Shown: piece by piece, positions 45,192 to 54,508 of the stretch
Numbering within the stretch: position 1 is the first letter of the stretch
Layout of the letters: each line of letters begins with the position of its first letter
DNA from: an uncultured Pelagibacteraceae bacterium
Lineage (GTDB): Bacteria > Pseudomonadota > Alphaproteobacteria > Pelagibacterales > Pelagibacteraceae
NCBI GenBank assembly: GCA_902595465.1
Contig: CACJQE010000004.1
Location: 20,350-84,349 of the forward strand
DNA: 64,000 bases
Reading direction: 5' to 3'
Translations under genes and position numbers: made by a program
The notes under the pieces: generated by a model
What the model was told of the DNA's origin: nothing
The model's database searches: none
What the model saw: the letters and a program-made list of their open reading frames with translations, nothing else

Positions 45192-45899
45192 TTATTTTAA
45201 TAATAAAATTTTTTCAGCAAAACAGTATATTAAGGTAAATAAATATTTTGAACTTAATTCTTTAATTTTAAACTTAGAATTTCCAAATTCTCTTCCATTC
45301 CAATTGATTGCTATAATCTCATAATTAAACTTTCGATTTATGATTTTTAATGGAATTTCTAAAAAAATATTAAAACTTTCAGATTTCAATGGTAAAATCT
45401 TTTCTAATATTTCTTTTTTATAAATTTTAAATGCATTTGTATAATCATTATAATAATTTAAATATATAATTCTAACAAAATGATTAAAAATTCGATTCAA
45501 AATCAATTTATGTTTTGGGTAATTTTTAACATTTGATTTTTTTAAAAATCTAGAACCAAAAACTGCATCTAAATTTTTATTTTTAATAACATTATAATAT
45601 TCAACCATATTATCTAAATCATCTGATCCATCACACATAGTGATCACTACATACTTTCCTGAAGAAAATTTAATTCCATTTTTAATAGACTCACCTAATC
45701 CTTTTTTTTTATTTTCTATTAATTTTATTTTTTTGTTCTTTTGTTTAATATCTTTAATAATCTTTAAAGTCTTATCATTACTAAAATCATCTATAAATAA
45801 TATTTCATATTCTAAGTTAATTTTGTTAGAAATGGTGTTAACTAAATTATTAATATTGTCTTCTTCATTTTTAACTGGTATCAAAATTGTTAAATCCAT
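45192..45899 (-). CDS. Glycosyltransferase family 2 (DPM1/polyprenol-phosphate glycosyltransferase-like)
   Basis: ILIPVKNEE, IDDFSND, GLGES, MCDGSDD, GSRF, DYTNAFKIY; start at ATG 45899. Confidence 0.9.
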   Translation of the reverse strand: MDLTILIPVKNEEDNINNLVNTISNKINLEYEILFIDDFSNDKTLKIIKDIKQKNKKIKLIENKKKGLGESIKNGIKFSSGKYVVITMCDGSDDLDNMVEYYNVIKNKNLDAVFGSRFLKKSNVKNYPKHKLILNRIFNHFVRIIYLNYYNDYTNAFKIYKKEILEKILPLKSESFNIFLEIPLKIINRKFNYEIIAINWNGREFGNSKFKIKELSSKYLFTLIYCFAEKILLLK

Positions 45900-45909
45900 A
45901 TAATTAAAT

Positions 45910-46950
45910 ATGTATATACTAATTCCTGGTGGTTGTGGCTTTATAGGTTCCAGTTTAGCCATTTATTTAAAAAATAATATAAAAAACTGTAAGATTTTAT
46001 CTATTGATAATTTATCTAGAAGCACATCTTTACTTAACGAAAAAAAAATTAGTAATTATAATATTCAAAATTTGAAATTAAACCTAGCGTCTAAAAAGTG
46101 TTTACAATATCTTAAAAGTTTAAAAATTAAGATAGATTTGATAATTGATTGCTGTTCAGATCCATCTGTTGAAAATTCAAAAATAATGCCTGAATATGTA
46201 TTTGATTGTAATTTAAAATCAACTTTAAATTTATTAGAAATTGCAAAAATTAATAAATCTAAAATTATTTATTTATCATCTTCGAGAGTTTACTCTATAC
46301 ATAAAATTAATAATTTATTTTCAAAAGTAGATTATAAAAATAAATTGAAGAAAAAAATTAAGATTAACGAAAATTTTTCAACTGAGTCTCCAATAACCTT
46401 ATACGGTTTTACTAAACTAGCTTCAGAAAAACTTATTCAAGAATATTCATATTTGTATAAAATAAAATATATTATAAATAGATTTGCTGTAGTATCTGGA
46501 TATGGCCAATTTGGCAAACAGGATCAAGGCTTTGTTAGTATGTGGCTTTGGCGTCATTTAAATAATATCGATATAAATTATAATGGATATGGTGGTCATG
46601 GAAATCAAGTAAGAGATATATTAGATATAAGTGACCTCTGTAATTTAATTAGAGAACAAATAAGTAAATTTCACAAAATTTATGATAAAGTTTTTAATGT
46701 TGGGGGAGGTTTAAAAAATTCACTATCTCTTCGTGAACTTTCTAATTATTGCGAAATTATCACAAAAAATAAAGTCAATATAAAAGGAAAAACATTAAAT
46801 TCAAATTATGACATTAGGTATTTTATTACTGATAATTCAAAAATTTATAAGTTTTACAAATGGAGGGTAAAAAAGAATTTGAGAATAATAATTAGTGAAA
46901 CATATTCGAGTTTAATTAAAAATAAAAAAAATTTAAAAAAAATTTTATAA
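45910..46950 (+). CDS. NAD-dependent epimerase/dehydratase (extended SDR, CDP-tyvelose/paratose epimerase-like), copy A
   Basis: GGCGFIG, DNLSR, SSSRVY, YGFTK catalytic motif, GNQVRDIL. Confidence 0.88.
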   Translation: MYILIPGGCGFIGSSLAIYLKNNIKNCKILSIDNLSRSTSLLNEKKISNYNIQNLKLNLASKKCLQYLKSLKIKIDLIIDCCSDPSVENSKIMPEYVFDCNLKSTLNLLEIAKINKSKIIYLSSSRVYSIHKINNLFSKVDYKNKLKKKIKINENFSTESPITLYGFTKLASEKLIQEYSYLYKIKYIINRFAVVSGYGQFGKQDQGFVSMWLWRHLNNIDINYNGYGGHGNQVRDILDISDLCNLIREQISKFHKIYDKVFNVGGGLKNSLSLRELSNYCEIITKNKVNIKGKTLNSNYDIRYFITDNSKIYKFYKWRVKKNLRIIISETYSSLIKNKKNLKKIL

Positions 46951-47996
46951 TGTCAGTTGTATTAATAACAGGATCACACGGTTTAGTTGGATCAGAGTCA
47001 TGTTTTTTCTTTTTAAAAAAAGGTTATGAAGTAATAGGTATCGATAATAATATTAGAAAAAGATTTTTTGGTAATGATGGAAATACTAATTGGATAAAAA
47101 AAAGGCTAAATAAGATTAAAAATTATAAGCATTATAATTTTGATATTAGAGATGAACCAAAATTAAAAAAACTATTTCACAAATATAATAAAAATATCTC
47201 AATTATTATTCATGCTGCAGCCCAACCATCACATGATTATGCAAAAGATAATATTTATTTGGATTTTGAAATTAACACAAAAGGATCTTTAAATATTTTT
47301 GATAACGCACATAAATTTTGTCCAAGAGCAAAAATTATTCATTTGTCAACAAATAAGGTTTATGGAGATAATCCAAATAAATTTTCGTTTGTTGAAAGTA
47401 AAACTAGAATTGAACCAGTTAATAAAAAAATTAAAAAAAATGGTTTTGATGAAAATCTCAATGTTGATAATTCAGTTCATAGTTTTTTTGGTATATCAAA
47501 AATTTATTCAGACATGTTGGCTCAGGAATATGGAAAAATTTATGGTTTAAAAATAGGAATTTTTAGAGCGGGTTGTTTAACTGGTCCAAATCATTCTGGT
47601 GCTAGCTTGCATGGTTTTTTGTCTTATTTGATCAAGTCTTGTATGGTTAATAGACAATATAATATAATAGGCTTCAAAGGTAAACAAGTAAGAGATAATC
47701 TCCATAGTTTTGACCTTATTAATGCTTTTTGGGAATTTATAAAAAAACCTAAAAAAGGCGAAGTCTATAATATTGGTGGCGGAAAATATTCTAATTGTTC
47801 AATATTAGAGGCTCTAAATTACATAAAAACAAAAACTAAAAATAAAATAGAAATAACATTTAATAATTCAAATAGAATAGGTGATCACATTTGGTATATT
47901 TCTGATCTTACAAAATTTAAAAAAGATTATCCAAAATGGACAATTTCCTATAAGACAAAATCAATTATTAACGAAATTATTGATAAATATAAATAA
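46950..47996 (+). CDS. NAD-dependent epimerase/dehydratase (extended SDR, CDP-tyvelose/paratose epimerase-like), copy B, Tyr replaced by Phe
   Basis: TGSHGLVG, HAAAQPSHD, STNKVYG, FGISK in place of YxxxK, GKQVRDNLH. Confidence 0.88.
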   Translation: MSVVLITGSHGLVGSESCFFFLKKGYEVIGIDNNIRKRFFGNDGNTNWIKKRLNKIKNYKHYNFDIRDEPKLKKLFHKYNKNISIIIHAAAQPSHDYAKDNIYLDFEINTKGSLNIFDNAHKFCPRAKIIHLSTNKVYGDNPNKFSFVESKTRIEPVNKKIKKNGFDENLNVDNSVHSFFGISKIYSDMLAQEYGKIYGLKIGIFRAGCLTGPNHSGASLHGFLSYLIKSCMVNRQYNIIGFKGKQVRDNLHSFDLINAFWEFIKKPKKGEVYNIGGGKYSNCSILEALNYIKTKTKNKIEITFNNSNRIGDHIWYISDLTKFKKDYPKWTISYKTKSIINEIIDKYK

Positions 47997-48022
47997 TTTC
48001 TGTAAGTATTAATATAAATCTT

Positions 48023-48117
48023 GGAAGGATGGGTGAGCTGGTTTAAACCAGCGGTTTGCTAAACCGCCGTACGCTTGAAAAGGTGTACCGAGGGTTCGAA
48101 TCCCTCTCCTTCCGCCA
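48023..48117 (+). tRNA. tRNA-Ser(GCT)
   Basis: Acceptor GGAAGGA/TCCTTCC, anticodon arm GCGGT-TT-GCT-AA-ACCGC (anticodon 48058-48060), long variable arm, GGTTCGAATCC T-arm, discriminator G and encoded CCA. Confidence 0.98.
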
Positions 48118-50319
48118 CTAATAGAGCGGATTATTTCTAAAAAAATCTTTTAAAATTATTGGTTTTTGAGTCAAAATGTATCTATAAACATTGTAATTCT
48201 CCATTACCCTCTGAACATAGTTTCTTGTCTCTTTAAACTTAATAAGTTCTACCCAATCAACATAATCAATTTGTTTCTTTTGGGGATCTTTATTTATTTT
48301 TCTCCAATACTTCACTCTTTTAGGTCCTGCATTATATGCTGCTACAGCAAAAGGGTAGGACCCATCATAGTCAAGAATTAAACCTGCAATATAATAGGAT
48401 CCTAAATTTATATTATACTCAGGACTTGTTGTTAAACGAGATTTTGAATAAGAAACTTTTGCCTGCTTGGCAACTGTCTTTGCTGTATATGGCATCAACT
48501 GCATTAAGCCTTGTGCACCAACTCTACTTCTTGCAGATATATCAAACTCACTTTCTTGTCTTATAATAGATAATATTAAAGCTTGTTCTGGGATTTTTCT
48601 TGATCCAACTTTATTCGGAGTGCTTATTACTGGATAATTATATTTGTTATGAAACCTTTTTTGATAAGATGCTATTTTAGAAACCTGAATAGCAAAATCA
48701 AATCTAGAGATGTCAGTTGCTAGTTTTGCAGCCAATATTTCACTCCCTGCTGAAACATTGTCGTTTGCTAGAAATCTTAAAATATGTTTCGTATATTTAT
48801 CTTTTTTTACTTCATCTAATAAATGTACTATTGCGACTAATTTATTTTTGTAAAAACTTTCAGCATAATTTTTATCAACTTGAGTACTTTCTTTAAGTTC
48901 AAAAGTTTTATTTGGATATATTTTCATATGAGATAATTGACCATAATAGGTAGTTAGATATTTTGAACCTTCCTTAAACCATTGATCTGCTTCTTCTTTG
49001 TTATTTAGTGCCAAATTCGCTTTTCCAAGCCAATAAGCTCCTCTTGATAAACTAATTGGATATCCAACATTATTATAAAATTTAGTAAAATGACTTTTTG
49101 CTAAAATTGGGTCTTTTAAAAAACTTAAAGCAATCCATCCACTCATCCATTCAGCCTCAGCTAATTCGGCACCCTCTGATAGTCCATGTTTGCTTGTAAT
49201 TTTATAAGCTTGCTCATATCTTTTCTTATAAATAAGTGATCTCGCAATTATTGATCTTTCAACCCACCATTTATCTGGTCGAACCATATAATCTTTATTA
49301 TTTTTGATACTTAATAAAATTTCTAGAGAACTATCAACTCTTCCTCTTTTCCTTCTCCATTTGAGTCTATCATAATTTAAACCTGCATCTTTTTTTAAAC
49401 TTTCAGGCACATTAGAGATAGCGCTATCAACTCCATAAGATCTACTCATTAATAATTGCCTTGCTGTATATAAAAGTTGATAATCTTTTGGTAGATATCT
49501 TAACATTCTTTTAAGGCCCCAATATTTATTCTCCCAAGCTAAATAATCAGCTCTTTTAATATAATCACTACTGTTCAAATATTTTTTAAATTTCTTTCTA
49601 AAAAAAATAAGATCATTTTTACTTAAATCAGCTGTTATAAATCCTTCCTTTATTAAATTTATAGCTGTCTCTTTATTTTTTGATAACAAAGCATCGCCTA
49701 GCATCATTTTTCCAAATCCACTTAAAGGAGGGTGTTTATCGAACCACTGTATAATTTCATTTTTAGTATGATTTTTAGAATTTATTTTATGCTCTCCTAA
49801 GTAACGAACTCTATCTATTCTTGGATAATCTTTTACTCTTTCGATAAACTGTTTATATTCTGTAAAAGTAGCCCTGTTACCGGTTGTAAGCAGATGTCTC
49901 CATTGAATAAAATCATAAATAGATTTTGCTCTTGCTTTACTTGCGGCTTTTTTCGCATCCTTCCAATTACTTTTCTCCATAAATGAAATAGCTTGTTTTG
50001 CATATTTCAAATCTCTATCGCTATAAAATTTTTGTTTTTTAATCTTTCTTAATTTTTCTTTAACTATTAGAGGCTTATTTTTTGGAATTATTACACCATC
50101 AATTTTTTTAAATATCTCCGTGGTAGTAATTTTAATTTCCTTTTGAATTTTATCCTCTTTTTCAGATGGCTTTGGTATAGGAATGATTTCAGCTATTTTT
50201 TTTGTAGTATTTTTTTCATTTAAATCTGGTTTTTTAATAGGAAGTATAGTTTCATTTGAAAAAGCAGATTGAAACGATAAGAAAAAAAGGATAATTGTTG
50301 TTAATAATTTTAAATACAT
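48118..50319 (-). CDS. slt: Soluble lytic murein transglycosylase (Slt70-like)
   Basis: Signal peptide, helical repeats, C-terminal IIRQESEF, GLMQLMP, AAYNAG, ETRNYVQRV. Confidence 0.95.
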   Translation of the reverse strand: MYLKLLTTIILFFLSFQSAFSNETILPIKKPDLNEKNTTKKIAEIIPIPKPSEKEDKIQKEIKITTTEIFKKIDGVIIPKNKPLIVKEKLRKIKKQKFYSDRDLKYAKQAISFMEKSNWKDAKKAASKARAKSIYDFIQWRHLLTTGNRATFTEYKQFIERVKDYPRIDRVRYLGEHKINSKNHTKNEIIQWFDKHPPLSGFGKMMLGDALLSKNKETAINLIKEGFITADLSKNDLIFFRKKFKKYLNSSDYIKRADYLAWENKYWGLKRMLRYLPKDYQLLYTARQLLMSRSYGVDSAISNVPESLKKDAGLNYDRLKWRRKRGRVDSSLEILLSIKNNKDYMVRPDKWWVERSIIARSLIYKKRYEQAYKITSKHGLSEGAELAEAEWMSGWIALSFLKDPILAKSHFTKFYNNVGYPISLSRGAYWLGKANLALNNKEEADQWFKEGSKYLTTYYGQLSHMKIYPNKTFELKESTQVDKNYAESFYKNKLVAIVHLLDEVKKDKYTKHILRFLANDNVSAGSEILAAKLATDISRFDFAIQVSKIASYQKRFHNKYNYPVISTPNKVGSRKIPEQALILSIIRQESEFDISARSRVGAQGLMQLMPYTAKTVAKQAKVSYSKSRLTTSPEYNINLGSYYIAGLILDYDGSYPFAVAAYNAGPKRVKYWRKINKDPQKKQIDYVDWVELIKFKETRNYVQRVMENYNVYRYILTQKPIILKDFFRNNPLY

Positions 50320-50354
50320 TTTATTAAATCAAACAACTTATGTTATAAATAATT

Positions 50355-51242
50355 ATGTTTAAAGGATCAAATGTAGCATTAATTACACCGTTTAAAGACA
50401 ACAAGCTTGACGAAGAAAGTTACATAAAAATTATAAATCATCATCTGGAAAATGGAACAAATGGGTTAGTTCCAGTTGGAACAACTGGTGAGTCACCAAC
50501 TTTATCACATGATGAACATGAGAGAACAATTGAATTATGCATAAAAGAAGCTACCGGTAAACTTCCCGTTATAGCCGGCACTGGATCTAATTCTACAGAA
50601 GAAGCCGTATCATTAACTAAACACGCTGAAAAAGCTGGTGCAGATGGTGCTTTGGTTGTTACACCATATTATAATAAACCTACTCAAGAAGGACTATATC
50701 AACATTATAAATCAATCAACGATAACTGTGGAATTCCAATTATAATCTATAATATTCCAAGTCGTTCAGTAATCGATATGAGCGTTGAAACAATGGCGAG
50801 ATTATATGAACTAAATAATATAGTTGGAGTTAAAGATGCAACTGGTGATCTAAATCGTGTTGACCAACAAAAAGAAAAAATGGGTAATGATTTCATTCAA
50901 CTTACTGGAAACGATGATAATGCTTTTGAATTTAATAAACGAGGAGGGGTTGGAACAATTAGTGTTACAGCAAACGTAGCTCCTAAATTATGTTCTGAAT
51001 TTCAAAAATTATCAAAATCTTCAAATGAGGATGATTTAAAAAAAGCTCAACAACTTGATGATATGTTGCAACCTTTGCATAAAAATTTATTTATAGAAAG
51101 CAATCCTTCACCAGTTAAGTATGCTGCTAAATTACTTGGTCTTTGCGATGATACTGTAAGATTACCTTTGGTAAAAATAACTGAAAATACAAAAAAGGAA
51201 GTCGAGAAAGCATTGAAAGTAGCAAAACTTATTGATGAGTGA
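50355..51242 (+). CDS. dapA: 4-hydroxy-tetrahydrodipicolinate synthase
   Basis: [30 protein letters not shown]. Confidence 0.98.
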   Translation: MFKGSNVALITPFKDNKLDEESYIKIINHHLENGTNGLVPVGTTGESPTLSHDEHERTIELCIKEATGKLPVIAGTGSNSTEEAVSLTKHAEKAGADGALVVTPYYNKPTQEGLYQHYKSINDNCGIPIIIYNIPSRSVIDMSVETMARLYELNNIVGVKDATGDLNRVDQQKEKMGNDFIQLTGNDDNAFEFNKRGGVGTISVTANVAPKLCSEFQKLSKSSNEDDLKKAQQLDDMLQPLHKNLFIESNPSPVKYAAKLLGLCDDTVRLPLVKITENTKKEVEKALKVAKLIDE

Positions 51243-51705
51243 TAAATCTACATCTGGCATCAAGATCATTACTATAAATCGAAAAGCATCTTTTAATTTT
51301 TTGATTAAGGAAATCTTAGAAGCAGGAATTGTGCTAAAAGGTTCTGAAATAAAATCTGTAAGAGATGGAAAAGTAAATATTGCAGAGTCTTACGCAGTAG
51401 AAAAAGAAGGAGAAATCTTTTTAATTAATTCACATATACCCATATATAAACAAGCTAGTTATTCAAATCACAATCCTTACTCAGAAAGAAAATTGTTATT
51501 TAACAAAAGGGAAATTAATAAACTAATTGGTAAAATGAATGAGGAAGGTCTAACTTTAGTTCCAACTAAAATGTACTTCAAAAAAGGTAAAGCTAAAGTT
51601 GAAATAGCAGTTGCAAAGGGAAAAAAACAATACGATAAGCGACAAACCAAAAAAACCAAGGATTGGAACCGTGAAAAAGCTAGATATTTCAGACGCTCAA
51701 GTTAA
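51235..51705 (+). CDS. smpB: SsrA-binding protein
   Basis: [29 protein letters not shown]. Confidence 0.98.
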   Translation: MSDKSTSGIKIITINRKASFNFLIKEILEAGIVLKGSEIKSVRDGKVNIAESYAVEKEGEIFLINSHIPIYKQASYSNHNPYSERKLLFNKREINKLIGKMNEEGLTLVPTKMYFKKGKAKVEIAVAKGKKQYDKRQTKKTKDWNREKARYFRRSS

Positions 51706-52198
51706 TTATGTATATCTATCAATAGGATCTAATTTAGGAAATAGAATACATTTTTTAGAAAAATCTAAATATTTATTGGAAACTCATGATATTAAAATTA
51801 TCAAAACATCTAGTTATTATGAGACTAACTCGTGGCCAGATCCTAGTTTTCCAAAATATATTAATGCTGTATTATTGATAAAAACAAAATTAAATCAATT
51901 TGAGCTTTTTAAAATAATCAAGTCTATAGAAAAAAAAATAGGCAGAAAAATAGTTCCTCAAAATCATCCAAGAAATTGTGATATTGATATATTAGACTTT
52001 AATGGAAAGATAACTAAATCAAATAAAAAATTGATCAATTTAGAGATCCCACATCCAAGAATGCATAATAGAAACTTTGTACTTATACCACTGTTTGAAA
52101 TATGTAAGAATTGGTCTCACCCAAAATTTAAAAAAAATATAGTAAAACTCTTATCTTCTTTAAAAAAAAATAATTTAAGAAGTATTAAAGTTATCTAA
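51671..52198 (+). CDS. folK: 2-amino-4-hydroxy-6-hydroxymethyldihydropteridine diphosphokinase
   Basis: [31 protein letters not shown]; start inferred at GTG 51671 (uncertain). Confidence 0.93.
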   Translation: MKKLDISDAQVNYVYLSIGSNLGNRIHFLEKSKYLLETHDIKIIKTSSYYETNSWPDPSFPKYINAVLLIKTKLNQFELFKIIKSIEKKIGRKIVPQNHPRNCDIDILDFNGKITKSNKKLINLEIPHPRMHNRNFVLIPLFEICKNWSHPKFKKNIVKLLSSLKKNNLRSIKVI

Positions 52199-52218
52199 AT
52201 AAGTGATATAATAAATTA

Positions 52219-53961
52219 ATGTTAAATTCTGACGAATTAATAAATAAGGTTAAATCATACAATAAGTTTCTTAACCCAGAAACTCTAAGTAAAGCATATG
52301 ATTTTGCAGTGAAAGTTCATAAAGATCAAAAACGACAATCTGGAGATCCTTACGTCATCCATCCTGTTGCTGTTGCAAATATTTTAACCGAACTTAAGCT
52401 GGATAGTGCAACGATAGCAACTGGTTTACTTCACGATACTATAGAAGATACTTATGCAACTTACAAAACTATAGAAGAACAATTTGGAAAAGAAGTTGCT
52501 GACTTAGTTGATGGAGTTACAAAAATTTCAGTTTTTGAAAACCAGGCTATTTCTAATTCAAAAGCTGAAAATTTTAGAAAGCTCATCTTGGCAACATCTA
52601 AAGATATCAGAGTCCTTCTTGTGAAGCTTGCAGATCGTTTGCATAATATGCGAACTTTGAAGGCTATTGATAAAGAGGAAAAAAGAAAAAGAATTGCTAA
52701 AGAAACTATGGAAATTTATGCTCCTCTAGCTGATAGAATGGGAATGAATAGAATAAGAGATGAACTTGAAGATCTTTCTTTTGATATTTTAAATCCTGAA
52801 GCAAGAAAAATGATAAAAGATAGATTAGACACAATAAAAGATAATAATTTAATTAATTATAATTCAGTTCTTAGTGAATTTAAAAATCTATTAAATAAAA
52901 ATGATATCGATTTTAAAATTTATTCTAGAGAAAAAACTCCTTTTTCTATTTGGAGAAAAATACAAAAAAAAAGGACCTCACTAGAGCAAATTACAGATAT
53001 TATTGGTTTTAGAATAATTTTAGATAACGTTGAAAATTGTTACAAAACTTTAGGTGTAATCCATAATAAATGGAATTGTATACCTGGTAGATTTAAAGAT
53101 TACATTTCATCACCGAAAATAAATAATTATAAATCTCTTCATACAGCTGTGATCGGACCAAATAAAAGACCTATTGAAATACAACTAAGAACACAACAAA
53201 TGCATGAATTTGCGCAAAGAGGTATAGCTTCTCATTGGAAATATAAATCGTCAGAAAAGTTTAACTCTTTAACTTGGAAGGAATATGATTGGCTAGCAGA
53301 TCTAGTAGAAATTATAAATAAAAATGAAAATCCTGAACATTATTTTGAGTATACAAAACTCCAAATGTTTCAAGAAAATGTTTTTTGTTTTACACCAAAA
53401 GGCTCTGTAATAAAATTACCCAAAGAGGCAAGCCCAATTGATTTTGCTTATGCTGTTCACACTAAAGTAGGTGATACTGCAATAGGATGTGAAATAAATG
53501 GAAAGGAAAGTCCTTTACAATCAATATTGCGTAATGGAGATGTAGTTAAAATATTAACATCAAAAAAAGATTCACCATCTTTGCATTGGATAACAAGTGC
53601 TAAGACTGGTAAAGCTAGAGCTGCCATTAGAAGATACTGGCAATATAAAGAAGACAGCAAGCCCACAGAAAAAAAATACAACACTACCCTTTGGATGTCT
53701 TTACCTGACAGACCTGGAATATTAGGTGACGTTACAACAATGATTGGAACAAATAATGTAAACATTTCAAGTGTTGAAATGGTAGAAAAGACTAAAAGAA
53801 CCATAAATTTTAGGTTCAACCTAATTATTCAAGATTTGAAAAACTTTACAAAACTTATTAGTGAGCTAAAACAGAAAGAATATAACTTCAAAATAATTAG
53901 ACATAAAAACAAAAAATATGCTTTCTTTAAAAGATTCTTTAGCGGTTTTAAAAAAAACTAA
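52219..53961 (+). CDS. spoT: RelA/SpoT family (p)ppGpp synthetase/hydrolase (short form)
   Basis: LLHDTIED HD domain, KLADRLHNMRT, YKSLHT synthetase, TGS (DFAYAVHT), C-terminal ACT. Confidence 0.96.
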   Translation: MLNSDELINKVKSYNKFLNPETLSKAYDFAVKVHKDQKRQSGDPYVIHPVAVANILTELKLDSATIATGLLHDTIEDTYATYKTIEEQFGKEVADLVDGVTKISVFENQAISNSKAENFRKLILATSKDIRVLLVKLADRLHNMRTLKAIDKEEKRKRIAKETMEIYAPLADRMGMNRIRDELEDLSFDILNPEARKMIKDRLDTIKDNNLINYNSVLSEFKNLLNKNDIDFKIYSREKTPFSIWRKIQKKRTSLEQITDIIGFRIILDNVENCYKTLGVIHNKWNCIPGRFKDYISSPKINNYKSLHTAVIGPNKRPIEIQLRTQQMHEFAQRGIASHWKYKSSEKFNSLTWKEYDWLADLVEIINKNENPEHYFEYTKLQMFQENVFCFTPKGSVIKLPKEASPIDFAYAVHTKVGDTAIGCEINGKESPLQSILRNGDVVKILTSKKDSPSLHWITSAKTGKARAAIRRYWQYKEDSKPTEKKYNTTLWMSLPDRPGILGDVTTMIGTNNVNISSVEMVEKTKRTINFRFNLIIQDLKNFTKLISELKQKEYNFKIIRHKNKKYAFFKRFFSGFKKN

Positions 53962-54508
53962 GGCACTTTTAGAAGGACATTTTGTTTTATCTTCGGGTTT
54001 ACATTCACCTCAATATGTTCAGTGTGCTAAATTACTAAGTTATCCAAAAAAATCAGAAAAATTTTGTAAATCCTTAAGCTCCAAAATAAAAAAAAAATTC
54101 AAAAAAATTGATATAATTTTGTCACCAGCTATGGGTGGTATAGTAATAGGTTATATCGTTGGAAATTTATTGAACAAGGAGACAATTTTTTGTGAAAGAA
54201 TTAATGGTAAATTTACTTTAAGAAGAGGTTTTTCAATAAAAAAAAATTCTAAAGTTTTGATTGTAGAAGATGTAATTACTACAGGTAAGTCAAGTTTAGA
54301 ATGTGCCAGACTTGTAAAAAAATTTAAATCAAAAGTAGTTGGATATGCGTGTTTGATTAATAGATCTAGTAAACCAAGTTTAAAAATTAAAGATAAAAAT
54401 ATTATATCCCAAATTAAATTAGAAATACCAACTTATAAAAAAAATGATTTACCAATTGGGTTGAAAAAAATTCCAATTACAAAACCTGGAAGTAGATACT
54501 TAAAATGA
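53918..54508 (+). CDS. pyrE: Orotate phosphoribosyltransferase
   Basis: GHFVLSSGLHS, VEDVITTGKS, KPGSR. Confidence 0.97.
   Translation: MLSLKDSLAVLKKTKALLEGHFVLSSGLHSPQYVQCAKLLSYPKKSEKFCKSLSSKIKKKFKKIDIILSPAMGGIVIGYIVGNLLNKETIFCERINGKFTLRRGFSIKKNSKVLIVEDVITTGKSSLECARLVKKFKSKVVGYACLINRSSKPSLKIKDKNIISQIKLEIPTYKKNDLPIGLKKIPITKPGSRYLK

Noticed and set aside
48023-48117. Possible tRNA-Sec or prophage attachment site
   Set aside because: Anticodon GCT with a normal 7-bp acceptor stem indicates tRNA-Ser; no integrase or duplicated tRNA end was seen.
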